From NCBI GenBank assembly GCA_010909165.1, contig VJWM01000107.1:1-64000 (forward strand): a stretch of 64,000 nucleotides of DNA. Direction: 5' to 3'. Below, one piece after another: positions 51,609 to 64,000 of this stretch. The notes beneath the pieces are model-generated. The model was not told where the DNA came from. It made no database searches and saw only the letters and a list, made by a program, of their open reading frames with translations. The position numbers and the translations under genes were made by a program. Each line of letters begins with the position of its first letter. Within the stretch, counting starts at the first letter, position 1. The stretch is from Anthoceros angustus (Eukaryota; Plantae; Anthocerotophyta).

Positions 51609-52514
51609 ATGGGATGGAAAGGATTTGTAGAGGGCGGACTAGCCTCTGTGATTGCGGCTGCAGTAACTCACCCATTAGATTTGATCAAAGTGCGGATGCA
51701 ATTGCAAGGAGAGGCAACATTTGCTGGAGTCGTAGGAGTAGCAACTAGGGCTGCAACTCATGGGCCTCTGGCTGTTGCTTGGAAATTAGTGCAAACAGAA
51801 GGAGTCAAAGCTTTATATTCAGGAGTATCAGCAGCTATGTTGAGGCAGCTTCTTTATTCTTCCACAAGAATGGGATTGTATGACATGATTAAGTTGCAAT
51901 GGTCAGATCCTTCAGATGCTAGTCGAGTGACTCTTCAAAAAAATGTAGCAGCTGGTTTAATTGCTGGAGCAATAGGAGCTACCGTTGGTAATCCTGCAGA
52001 TGTTGCAATGGTTAGAATGCAGGCAGATGGCAGACTTCCGCCTCAACATAGAAGAAATTATAAAGGAGCAGTGGATGCTATTGGAAGCATGATCAAGAAA
52101 GAAGGTGTTGCCTCACTTTGGACAGGTTCAACTCCTACAGTACATAGGGCAATGTTAGTGACAGCATCTCAACTAGCTTCATATGACTATTTCAAGGAGA
52201 AAATAGTTTCTAAAGAGCTCTTAGATGACGGTGTTGGCATGCACATGGCTGCAAGTTTTTTAGCTGGCTTTGTTGCCTCTATTACCACCAATCCTATTGA
52301 TGTGGTTAAGACAAGGTTGATGAACATGAAGGTAGGAAAAGGACAACCTCCACCTTACATAGGGGCATTTGATTGTGCAATCAAAACAATACGGTTGGAA
52401 GGACCTATGGCCTTGTATAAAGGTTTTGTTCCAACTGTTGCTAGACAAGGGCCATTTGCAATGGTTCTATTTGTAAGCTTAGAGCAAATCAGAACCTTGT
52501 TCTCAAAATTTTGA
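51609..52514 (+). CDS. DIC: Mitochondrial dicarboxylate carrier (DIC/UCP5-like), single exon
   Basis: MGWKGFVEGGLAS start and three carrier signatures HPLDLIKVRMQ, NPADVAMVRMQADG and NPIDVVKTRLMN; RQGPF near the C-terminus. Confidence 0.95.
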   Translation: MGWKGFVEGGLASVIAAAVTHPLDLIKVRMQLQGEATFAGVVGVATRAATHGPLAVAWKLVQTEGVKALYSGVSAAMLRQLLYSSTRMGLYDMIKLQWSDPSDASRVTLQKNVAAGLIAGAIGATVGNPADVAMVRMQADGRLPPQHRRNYKGAVDAIGSMIKKEGVASLWTGSTPTVHRAMLVTASQLASYDYFKEKIVSKELLDDGVGMHMAASFLAGFVASITTNPIDVVKTRLMNMKVGKGQPPPYIGAFDCAIKTIRLEGPMALYKGFVPTVARQGPFAMVLFVSLEQIRTLFSKF

Positions 52515-53199
52515 TGTTTAAATAAACTCTTAAAATACCTAAATAAATAGCATGTTGTCATAACTATTTTCTTACCTTTCTACATTTCCCAATACGATAT
52601 TCTAATGCTTTTAATTTTATAGTTTCTTACATGTTCAAATAAATATCTAGTATGAGATACTTTCGCATGGTGGAAAGATGAAAGGCATACAAGTGCAGAC
52701 ACGAAGGTGGGGCTTTATGAAGGGCAATGCATACACCACCACATAATTCTTCCAATTTTGAAAATATTTTCTGTACATAATTTGTAATAGTCCTAACCTA
52801 TTGATGAGATTAGATTATGTTAATGAGATCAAAAAAATCGATCAAAAAATATGTCTAGGTTTTTTTATTTGTTTACCTTAGACTACAAATTTTATCCACA
52901 CGCAAGAATCCTGTGTCCCGGGAACCCATGATGCAATGTCAAGAAAACTTTTTCCACCCTTTCACGACAACATGTTTTAGGTGTTGAGAACCTCTACTTC
53001 GGAACAAGTTGGTCTTCCCTCCACTTTATTAAAAAGAAGAGATGAGAAAACCCATCTACCTCGAACCGAGGAAGGACAACCCACTAAAGGGCCATGAGCC
53101 AGGGGAGCTAGCCCCTACGAATGCCAACCCCGAAGCTACCTACCACCCCGATTATGTCGTGGTCCAAGATAAGGAAAGTCCTACCTGCAATTGGTGCCG

Positions 53200-56150
53200 A
53201 TGATGCCATGTCTCCCGCACTCATTGCCATCCTATAAATAGCATTGGCCAGCGCCCTTTGCAGGGCGATGGATACTCGTTGTCAAAAGAAAGCCACCACC
53301 GAGGAAAGAAGGAGACCTACCTCGTTCTGATGACTATGGTAGGCTTTAGCACAATCCTCAATGAGCCCAAAAAAACCTTGCCCATAGCCCTGTGAGGCTC
53401 GATGGCAAGGGGGATGAAGGCGTGGCCGTCCTACAAAGGTGTGTACTTGTATACCTTGGCAGTTGTGCATCCATCCGCCACCTGAGCCCGGAGGGTTGAT
53501 GATGACATGCTCACAAATGGAGTTCCGGGTAGGGTCCACTATGACGACATCCCTAATAGAGATTTTCTCCCGCCAGTTCAGAAATAGATGTGGCATGAGC
53601 GACACCTCATTACGTAGGGTATATGGACGCTCTCTGTATGGAAAATAACCGCCCTCCTTAGCCATCGAGAACATGACGTCACGAACGGTGTCATGTGTAG
53701 TAACACGTTGCCCTCCAATTGGACAGTGAGCCAAGTGGGACCTTGAGTCATCGAGGGGCCCTGTGCGAGAGAGAACAGCAGGCTAAACCAAACCAGTGGA
53801 ATCTCTTTGCGATGAAAAAGTGGTACAATTGAGCGCTGGATGCAAGGGTGGCGAGAAAACCGAGCCTACTCCCTTCCCCGAGCAAGAGCGGATGTGGGCA
53901 CAAACAGGTTGGGGAACAGCAGAATCCAGAAGGATTGCCCGCTGCGGCTGCCTGTGCTGCTTCTCGTGAAGAGAGGCATGAAGGCCACGTACCCCTTCCA
54001 CGTAAAACCAGGAAAAGGGAGGCATGACCGCCCTAGCCTCAGAGGAAAGGGAGTCTCTGGCCAACCTAAGGGAAGTGTCATGCCGTGTGATACTAATCTC
54101 TGCACTTGGGTTTAGTGTTTGATTAGCATTAGTTAATCTAATTACTTATCTTTAAATAAGTAATTAGTGTTAATTAATCTAAGGTGCTTATGCTAATTAA
54201 GCATTGATTAGTGTTAATTAAACTAATGTGCTTATGCTAATTAAGCATTGATTAGTGTTAATTAATCTAATGTGCTTATGTTAATTAAGCATTGATTAGT
54301 GTTAATTAAACATGGTTAGCAATAGCTAAGTGGATAAGCTCAAGTAATATGCTTTGGCATATTCCTTGCATATTATAGTGTATTCTTAGGATACAATAGC
54401 TAAGTGGATAAGCTCAAGTAATATGCTTGGCATATTCCTTGCATATTATAGTGTATTCTTAGGATATTTCCTAGATGCCGATGCCAATAGGATATCTTAG
54501 GAATATGCGATGCAGTCTAGTATATAGACCCTTCCATGGAGGACAAGCTCGGATCATAGCTTGTCCTCTAGATATCAATGCAAGGCGTTGTGAGGAGGCC
54601 AGCTATGACTCAGGAGGCGATGTGTGAGGAATTTGCGTGTTGTTCGTGGGAGAGTGTGTTTGTGCCACGACGCGTAGCTACTCCCTCATTGTTATTGGTT
54701 GCACCTATATATCTGCGTATTCGATTTGTTCGCTTGGTTGTTGGTCGAGGAAGTGCTTACATGAATTCAAGTGCTTACCTCGTGCGACAGAAGCCTGCAA
54801 AGGGAAGGCCCGCTCCTCAATGCCCGAGACGAAGGCCTCCAAGATGCGAGCATCTTGGATTTAGAAATGAGCGGTGAAGACGGGGGCAGAGAGGGCCCAG
54901 CTCCCAAGGTAGGCCTCCGGTGCTGAGGCCTCCATGGCCAGCAGACATGTGCCCCCAAAAGCAATAGGAAGGGATGCCTGGCGCTGAGCAAGGCCCCCTG
55001 CGGCACACTCGAAGGTCCCTGGCCTGATAATGACTCCAAGTGCCTACATAAGCTGTAGATCAAAATTCCGTAGGCTCATTAAAAAAGTTGAGGAGGGAGC
55101 CACCATCTTGGTGAGGTACCCCAGCCGACGTACGAAGCAGGACGAAAGGATGCCAAATGCCACTTGAGGGTCCCCTAATAGAGATAGGTCGCTAACATGG
55201 GCCAAGTTCTTCTTCAAAGCCTCATCCACAAGACCCTGAATAAAGGCCGGAGGTCCCACGAGTACCCCCCAGATGCGAAGTGGCTACGAAGGAACAATGC
55301 CCCCCCCAAGGAAATTGAAGAGAGGAAGTAATGCCAGACGGGGACCAAACCTTGCACCTGATAATCTTGACCCTCAAACCCAAGCGAAAGAGCTTTAAGG
55401 AGAAGAGTGTGAAAGCTTCCTTGACCTTGCTCCCGAGTTCTAAGATATGAGTGTTCTTCGCCACGGACGGAAAGAGTCACTCCCCGACTGCACCGGTACT
55501 AACGGCCAGGGCCATGAAGTGTGCAACGGCAAAGAAAGCACCCCCCAAGGGATCCCCCTGCCTCGTGCTAGTCGTCGAGTCCAGCACAGTAAGCCCTTCC
55601 TTAGATGGTTCGTGCTGAAAGTAGAGGGTAGACGGAGAACCATAGAAAGAGCGGACAAAAGAAATAAGACTTGCCAGATGCCGGCCTACATCCTTCAGCT
55701 CTGTAAAAATTGCCGTCCTTGAGACTGTGTTGAAAGCGTTCTTGACGTCCACCGACAAGGCAACCCAATCTTGATGTGACTTAAGAACCACTATGATACG
55801 AAATACAACCCCCCAGAGTGGCAATCCCAAATTGGTGAGGGCAAAGATGCGCCTGAAATGCTCCCTAAGTTGGAAAACAATGCTTCGACCTATGAGGTGT
55901 AAGAATGCCTCCCTAGCGGTGGTAGGGCGTACCCCCAGGCGCGGGCTTCTCCATAGCCAATAATCTGCTGGCCCCCAACACCCAAGAGATCCGGTGAGGA
56001 GTCTCACCCCTGGCCACTGCCGCCGCCAAAATGAAGAGCTCCGAGAAACCCTACAAGGATCCTCAGGAGCAGAGTAATTCTGCAGGTGATTGTAGACTGT
56101 CGTATACAAACCACCCGAAGAAAGTCGCGTGGCAGTGGTAAGAGCCTACC
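53200..56150 (-). mobile_element. Decayed CRE-like non-LTR retrotransposon (RT + Zn-knuckle/restriction-like endonuclease)
   Basis: RT motifs VDVKNAFNTVSR, RQGDPLGGAFF and QASLPIAFGG...AYLGSW. C-terminal HLAHCPIGGQRVTTHDTVRD...DVVIVDP. Contains stops and frameshifts. Confidence 0.8.
54086..54865. mobile_element. LTR-like fragment inserted in the LINE, with AT-rich tandem repeats
   Basis: LINE coding similarity stops at ~54870 and resumes at ~54085. The insert starts TGTGATAC and has ~41-bp TTAATTAAGCATTGATTAGTG repeats (54110-54310), a 2 x ~75 bp repeat (54320-54465) and a TATA-like TATATAG (54521). No clean CA end or TSD. Confidence 0.45.
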
Positions 56151-57546
56151 GAAGACCTTTCCGAGACAAAAAGGCTCATTTGGTACATAATCCAAATGAA
56201 ATTCCCTTCACATAAAATTATAACTATGGCAGAAGAAGCAACAGCTCAACAAGTTGAATAAGGTGTTCAGGTGATAGCAAGTGAAGATAATGATTTGATG
56301 GATGATGGACGGGGCCCTGGAACGTGGTTGGGCATGCGGCATGAGGATGGGGCAGTGATGTCCGTGGGACGTTCGTTCCATGATGACGTGGCCTTGCGGG
56401 CTGGCCCTAATAAAGGCCCTGGGGTACTGTGCAGGCCCCTGTCCATATGTATTGTTTATGTGCTGCGGTGATGACGGATGGATATAAAAAGCTTAGGCAT
56501 ATATACATAGGTACTTATGCACGTATCGCAGAAGCCGCCACTCATTAAATACACTCCAGTCATGATGCCAGACTCCAGTGGATTGGAGTACTGTACCGAC
56601 TAGACTACATGACATTCGAGAATCGCCGTCGGCAGATATTTTGGGAGCGGGATCCAGGGCTGGCGTCATGGTTATGCAATCCCGACACGGCGTAAGTGGG
56701 AGCCGGGCCGGCACAGCCCCCACCTGCGTGGTCCCGTTGGAATACCCCCCGGCCCGGGCCCGGGCAATGGCCGTGCTACGGCTCCGCAGTCTGCAGCCCA
56801 GCCGGCAGTCTGCCTCGCACTGTGCAGCAGCAGCAGACTGCAGATTCCGTATATGTACAGGATGTATTCAAATTTCCTATTCCCGAATTTCGTAGGGTTG
56901 CGCGGCTGCCGCTCTGTTGTGGTTTGAATTTGGGGCAGGCTCAGTGGGCTGCCAAGCTCAGGCCCAGGATCCCATTGCCCTCGGAGGACGCACATCAGCT
57001 CAGACGTTTGCGACTGCAGCTGGGGAGCTTCAGCTGGGATTCCTTCACCTCGCCCTTCTCCTGCTTCCGTGTAGCCTGGTACTGCATTGTGTTCTCTGCT
57101 TTGCTGGTGCCTTTTACGTAGGATATTTCGCTCAGGCGTTGTTGGAAACGGATATTTTTTGCGTGATGGTCGTGGGAATGGGCTGGGCCGGACCTGGCCC
57201 CGTTGCCCTTGGTTATCGAAGTGGTTGGTTTTTGGTGTTGGACAGTCTCGGCAATTGGCAGTGTCAGCTTAGGGGCAGTGGCTAATGTTGGTGCCATTGC
57301 AGTGCATTGCATGGGATGGTTGCTTCTCAGCTAATGGGATCGCATTGCCTGTTCACGTAGAGGCGATCCCGGGATAGGGTCGTGGCAATTGCACAGGCGC
57401 CTGACCTCTTCCACTGAGGTGAGTGCAGGAAGGAATGCGACGGGGTGCAAATCAGAGTTGTGAGCTGATGGGCTTCAAAGGGCGCTAGCTGGTTGTCAGC
57501 TGCGCCTCAGTGTCAGGGAATTGCCTCGCCTGGGTAAGGTACAGAG

Positions 57547-60500
57547 ATGGCCGCTGCTGCGCGGAAAGCCGACGGCCTCTTCAACGTTGTCCCTTTGCAC
57601 GACTGTCCCAACGCCCGCCACCCAGCTAAGGATTTCGTTGAGGTTAGCGGGGCAGTCACTGTGTTGGGTTGCCTCCCTGTGCGTTCTGGACTGGTTTTTC
57701 CGCAACCCAGCTGCTGATCTCTGTTTATGCAGGTTGAAGCGGCTACCGCAGCTCTGCGGACTGTGGGGAATCTGAGGCAGCCGCCCAATGGTGAATGGAA
57801 AGATGGCATGGACTTGTTGGACTGGCTCGGAGCCTTTTTCGGATTCCAGGTGCTCAGCCTGCCCATTCAATGCTCATGCTGGCTGCATGCTGCGCCCACC
57901 TCTAACACGCGCTGTCGGATGGCTTGCAGAAGGATAATGTTAGGAATCAGCGGGAGCATCTCGTGCTCCTCCTCGCCAACGGCCAAATGCGCCTAAAGCC
58001 CGATCCGATCGATAAGGTGCCTGCCATCCCGCTTGTTTGCCCTTCTGTCATTTTGTCAACTTGACCAGCTAGTGCTCCCCATCAGTTGCTACTCTTCAGC
58101 TTGCTCTCCTCATTTCTCGTGACGCTGCTGTGCAATCAGCTAGCACACGAGGTCGTCACCCAAATCCGGCGTAAGATAACCAAAAACTATACCGAATGGT
58201 GCAAATTTGTGAACAGGGAAAGCAACATAAGGTGAGCTACAGGATTTTACGTGTCATGACTGGCCGCTACCTCTATGCTCACGGTTATGCCTCTCATTGC
58301 CTTTTCTTCTGCAACCTTGCCATTCAGGAACCTTGGTGGAAAGCGCTTGGATGTTGCTTCGCTGGATGAAAGATTGGAGCTTTTGTACACTTCCTTGTAT
58401 CTACTTATATGGGGGGAGGCTGCCAACTTGAGATTTATGCCCGAGTGTCTCTCATTCATCTTCCACCATGTACACAACCTCACTCAACCCTCGTAGGCTG
58501 CCTCCACGTTTTCAACCATCTCACCGGGACTTGACATCTTCATTCTTGACTTCTAAAGATGGCAGGGGAGCTAAACAGAATTATCGAGCACAACATTGAT
58601 GAGACCACTTCTCAACCTGCCTTACCTGCTTATTGTGAACCAAACGGATTTTTGAACCATGTCGTGGCGCCCCTGTACAAAATCATACAGGCTGTAAGTC
58701 TCGGCTGTTAGGTTGCACACTTCTTCTGGAGCATTCACTTCCCATACAGGAGCTGTACAGGGTCTGCCTCTATTCATGTACTGGACAACGTCCTCTTGCA
58801 GGAGTCGCTGTCAAGTAATAACGGAACAGCTCCCCACTCAGCCTGGAGAAATTATGATGATTTGAATGAGTATTTCTGGTAGGTTGGTACTTTTGTTGGG
58901 GCGAATTCGATAGTGCTGGAGGTTGAGGAGATTATGTGTTCATTTTAGGACTTCAGTCGTTGTTTTGTATGCCAGTATGTTTTCATCCGCACTTATCACA
59001 TTCAACAATGCTTTTTGTGTTGAACTGCGAATCCTGTGGCTTTACTCAGGGAATTTGAATCTTGAGTGGCTCTTTCAGGGATAAAAGGTGTTTCACACAG
59101 CTAGGTTGGCCACTGAAGCGGCAGAGCAATTTTCTTGTGGAGCCTCCGAAGGGAAAGGTCAGATGTGAGCGGTTTGTACCGCACTCTTACTTTCACCTGT
59201 GTGTGACGCTCAGTATGTTAGTGGTCTGAATCAGCGGGGTTGGGTTTTGGCAGTTTATGACAACACAAAGGGTTGGGAAGACAGGTTTTGTGGAGCAACG
59301 ATCCTTTTGGAATATTTATCGTAGCTTTGATCGGGTTTGGATTCTGCTTATTCTAGTTTTCCAGGTAGGGGTGGCCCAGCATGAGTCCTTTTTTTTCTTC
59401 CAAGGCTGTGAAGGTTGCATGTTTAAAAACTTGAGCTATATCTCGTGTCTTTTTGTTGACACAAGGGTTATGTGCAGGCTTCAGTTCTACTTTGTTGGAA
59501 TGGAGGAGCTGCTCCATGGATTGAGTTAAAGAACAAAGACTCATTGGCTCGGGTTCTGAGTATTTTTATAACATGGGGAGGACTCCGAATTCTTCAGAGT
59601 ATGGTCCAACCTTCTGGGCAGTGCAGAATGAGATATGGTGTCAGAATGGAGTGTTCTTTGTCTTCAATGAACTGATGAGGGCTGTCGCATCTGGATGATC
59701 CTGCAGCATTGCTTGATGCCGGGATGGAGTCAAGTCTAGTAACTGTGGAGACAAGACTGGTCGGAATCCGCATGACCTTGAAATTCTTGTTGGCAACAGC
59801 TTGGACCATGACATTTGCAATTCTCTATGGGTACTTTCTGGTTTCCATCTAAATGATAATTTCCAGTTATATGCAGAATATTTGGCCCCTGGGAGTCTAG
59901 ATACAGTGCAGCCTTGTGACACCCAATGTCCTTGGATCAGCAATTTTGGCAAGTGCAGTGCTGTACTGTTTATGTTTCAGTAGCTTCAACTTCTGAACTC
60001 CAATATTTTTGATGGCAGTCAGATGTGGAAACAGCGACATGCCGCACAGGGCTGGTCAGCTGCAGCAGACAGAAAGCTCAACAACTTTCTGTATGCTGCT
60101 GCTGCCTTTATATTTCCTGAGGTTCTGGCGCTGCTCCTCACCGTTGTTCCATGGTTTCAGAATTTTCTTGACACATCCAACTGGAGGTTTTTTCACCTTC
60201 TGACCTGGTGGTTCCAGGTTAGATGAACTTCTCAGTTTTTCATTGGATGGGTTTGGCAATTCTGACTTCAATCAAAACTGCCATCCTGAAATGACTGATG
60301 CAATGTGTAACAGAGCCGGCTCTATGTTGGCAGAGGTCTGCGAGAAGGCATTTATGACAATCTCAGGTTCACTTTCATCATGCCTGGTTGTTGTTACTTC
60401 TTGTCATTCATAGGATGCCCTACGTGCTGAATTGGCTCATGTAGCTTCATGAGTTTCACTTCATTCACGTTCGTTTGGTGGTGCTGGCATTCTGGGTCCA

Positions 60501-63500
60501 CGAGTAAGTTGGCTTTGAGCTGACATATGATGTAGTGCTCTGTATCAGGTATACGGCATTCTGGGTTGTCATTCTTGGGTCAAAATTTGCTTTCAGCTAT
60601 ATCCTCCAGGTAGGTTCACCTGCATGTGAATTGAGAACTGAGAATGTATGCCATTGTAAAATTCGTTCACTGTTTCCAAGGCTGAGCTAAGCTGGTTGAT
60701 TTCCTTGATGCCAGATAAAGCCAATGATCGAGCCAACTAAGGAACTTCTAAAGTTCCCTGACAGAGACATTATCTATGCTTGGCATGAGTTCTTCCGACA
60801 TGGTAGGTGATACTAGCCTCTAGCTTAGGTTGACATGTCCTGCAGTTGGTTCAAATTTGTGTGCTTTTTCCAAAGCATGGACTCTAGAATCCTGTTCATG
60901 AGGACCACGATTTCTCCACTCCTTCAGTTTGATGTGTACCTTGATTAGCTCTCAATTTTGTCCATGATGTGAGCATTTCCATAGCAATCTGATAGCAGTT
61001 ATATACACACAGGTAACCGAATTGCTGTTGTGTGCATGTGGGCGCCGGTGGTGCTGGTGAGTGTAGTTCGGTCTTTCTGTCCTATGGTGTCTCGCATACA
61101 ACAATGAATTCCGCAATATCAACTACTCTTTAAGCTTTATTATTCAGAGGCCTCGGTTATTGTGCACCATGAACTGTTGCTTAACTTTTGGTGCATTAGA
61201 TTTACTTCATGGACATCCAAATATGGTATTCAGTATATTCTTCTCTTGTGGGAGCACTTGTGGGGCTACTTCAGCATCTTGGAGAGGTACCAGTCTGCCA
61301 GTGCGATGAACCAGCGCAATTCGTGGCTTTTATCTAACTACTAGTGCAGACTTTAGGAGCTTCTTATGCTTCAAGACGATGCTAATTTGGTTATATCACG
61401 ATTAATCTCTTCAGTTTCTGTAATGTTTGGCAGATCAGAAACTATCAGCAGCTTAAGTTGCGATTCCAATTTTTTGCAAAGGCTCTGCAATATGTGCTGA
61501 TTGCAGATGAAAGTGCCTCCCAATACAGGTACTGGCTTGTTCCACCACATAGTAAAGGAAAAGCTCAGTTTTGTCATGTGTCTGGTCGTTTGTTTCTCGA
61601 TTTGAAATGGTGTTGATAGATCGCTGGTGTTTTGGATGCAGCTGGTTTTCTAAGACGTGGACAAAGGTCAAGGAGGGTGCAAAGAGATTTAGTCTTCGCT
61701 ATGGGCTCACTGAGGATTTGTATGCAGAGGTACAATACTGAATACTCAGGTCTGTTTTGAGTTGGGCCGTGCTGTAGCTTGTACTACATCCGATGCATCC
61801 ATGTGGTGGTACATAGATCGGCAAGGATGCCATTGAGGCCAACAAGTTTGAGCACATCTGGAATGAAATTATCCACATATTCAGGGAAGAGGATCTCGTG
61901 AGTGACAGGTTTGTTGTATGACTCACTAAGCTAGCCTTCTTCAGTGTTGCTGGACTTCAAGTTCTATACCTTGAAATGTGCATCTCCTCATTTCAACACA
62001 AGAGGGGTTCGTTGGAACCCTTCTTTGTTGTCACCCTCCTGGCTTTGCTATGCTTCTCAACTCCTTATCGTTTAATTGTGTTCTGAGTTCACTGCTAATG
62101 TCCAGTGAAGTTGCCCTGCTGGAGGTGCCCATTCCAATAGGAAAGGAAGAAAAGGGGGAGAGGGGGAAAATCAAATACCCAATGCGCAAAACCTGGGAAA
62201 TATCCGTCATGCAATGGCCACTCATTCTTATTGCCAATGAGGTAAGTGGCTGTCTTGTACTACTAGAGATTCATGGATGTTCGCAGCAGCATCTGGTGAT
62301 TGTAACATGTTGTACATTTTCAAACTTGCGTTCCATCATGCCTTCTGTTTGCAGATTCTCATTGCACTTGGTCAGGCCAAGGACTATCGTGGGGGCAGTG
62401 ACAAGACACTCTGGCAAAGGATATGTAAAAGCGAGTATCGCAGATGTGCTGTGATAGAGGTCTTTGAGAGTGTGAAGGAAATGATGAGAACGATCATCAA
62501 TACTCAATGTGAGCTAGAGTATCGCATCATTGACACACTCATTAATGAGATAGATGCATCTCTTCAAACGGGGACTTTTACCAAAAAGTTTCAGCTCAGC
62601 GAGTTACCTGAGATTCATGCTCGTGTTGTTACTCTGGTTAGCAACCTCATGCAATTTCAGAAAACAGAGTCAGAGGATGACAACAAAAAGGTTTGTGTTT
62701 TGAGCCTGTGTTTCTAGTCTTCTGTTGGTTCTTGCTCCTGCTGTAAGAGATCTAAGCCAAAGTGTTTCTGCTGCAGGTCATAGACGCTGTACAATATCTC
62801 TATGATGGATTGGTCCGTGATTTTCCACTTGGTACCTGGGAACAGCTGGGAGAGGGTACTCTTTATCCATTGAGAAATGAAGACAACCCTCTTTTTGTCG
62901 ATGCTGTAGAGCTCCCGGGCAAGGAAGATGGTTTTTATCGGCAAGTGAGGCGTCTTCACACGACCTTGAGCACAAAGGAATCACTACTCAACGTGCCTCG
63001 CAGTTTGGAAGCCAGACGCAGAATCACGTTCTTCAGCAATTCCCTCTTTATGACTATGCCTCGTGCCCCAACGGTACTTCTCTTTAGAGCTCACATGATG
63101 TTCCGACAGCTAGAATGATAACGTTAACTATCTAATAATCCATGGTCTGCTCCAGGTTGAGAAGATGCTGGCCTTCAGTGTCTTGACACCCTACTATGAC
63201 GAGACTGTCCTGTTCAGCAAGGAGCAGCTGCAGCAGGAAAATGAAGATGGAGTCTCTACTTTGTTTTATCTTCAGAAAATTTATCCAGGTCGTTATGCTG
63301 GTAGCAGTACTACTTGCATTTGGTTATCGACTACCATGTTGCTGTCAAAGTCGAGATATTTACTTTGCGCATGTTCCAGATGAGTGGAGACATTTTCTAG
63401 AACGCATGGAGAAGTTGAACATACTTGAAACTGAGATTTGGGACAAAGACAAAGGCCTCCAGGGTCTGAGACTTTGGGCCTCTTATCGAGGACAGACTCT

Positions 63501-64000
63501 TGCTCGAACAGTTCGTGGGATGATGTACTATGACAGGTCTGAGCACGTATATTACTTAGCTATTAAGGCAAATTTCGAGTGATGTTTCTTATCCTGTCTT
63601 TTGATGTGTTTTCTCTTCTCCAGTAAGGTTTCAGGGAAGGAATAGGCAGTTTCTGATACCTGGTTCTGCAGTTCACGGACTCACCCAGCTGGTTCATCTT
63701 GTTGCAGGGCACTGCAGCTGCAGGCCTTCATTGACAAAGCAGAACAATCTGACATAAACCGTGTCCGAAGTCTTCTGTACAAAACATCAAGCGGGATGGC
63801 CAGCCATCTGCATGGAAGTGCGTCTTTCCTTATGCGAGAAGGTGTAAGTCCCCATGGGCTACATTCTAGCACTGAGTTCTATGGTCAGAAAATAAAACAG
63901 AGGCATCAAGCAACTGCAGCAATGAAGTTTACTTATGTTGTTACCTGCCAAATCTACGGGATACAAAAGGCCAAGAAGGAGGTAGTTGCGGAAGACATAC
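57547..64000 (+). CDS. CALS: Callose synthase (1,3-beta-glucan synthase, CalS11/12-GSL5-like short N-terminus), multi-exon, runs off the window
   Basis: Exon peptides MAAAARKADGLFNVVP, DLLDWLGAFFGFQ, DNVRNQREHLVLLLAN, LLIWGEAANLRFMPEC, AWRNYDDLNEYFW, KTGFVEQRSF, EARRRITFFSNSLFM, FSVLTPYY, LRLWASYRGQTLARTVRGMMYY and MKFTYVVTCQIYG, separated by GT-AG introns. Confidence 0.96.

Overview
Non-seed land-plant nuclear DNA, most likely a hornwort. This is an inference from the DYW:KP/GRP-type editing factor and the ~80-200 bp introns; ferns and lycophytes are not excluded. The left 36 kb is a nested repeat block. It opens with a C-rich two-level satellite (1.1-5.9 kb), followed by a Ty3/gypsy gag-protease remnant. 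That remnant is split at an AAGT target-site duplication (TSD) by a terminal-inverted-repeat (TIR) DNA transposon, element A (12790-33775). Element A's bacterial-type DNA amino-methyltransferase gene is itself split exactly in its SAM-binding motif by a related, larger element B (13497-29083). Element B encodes a Sola1-like DDD transposase with a BAH-like tail and, on the opposite strand, a ParB-like + beta-class N4C/N6A methyltransferase. A CACTA end and a microsatellite follow. The right 28 kb is genic: an intronless hexokinase, a PLS-PPR DYW:KP protein carrying an OSB-type PDF ssDNA-binding motif, CGLD27, a mitochondrial dicarboxylate carrier, a decayed CRE-like LINE and the 5' part of an intron-rich callose synthase. 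Several 0.5-2.8 kb indel-rich tandem duplications look like long-read assembly artefacts, so frameshifts in these regions should not be trusted. All family assignments come from motif recognition by eye; no searches were run.
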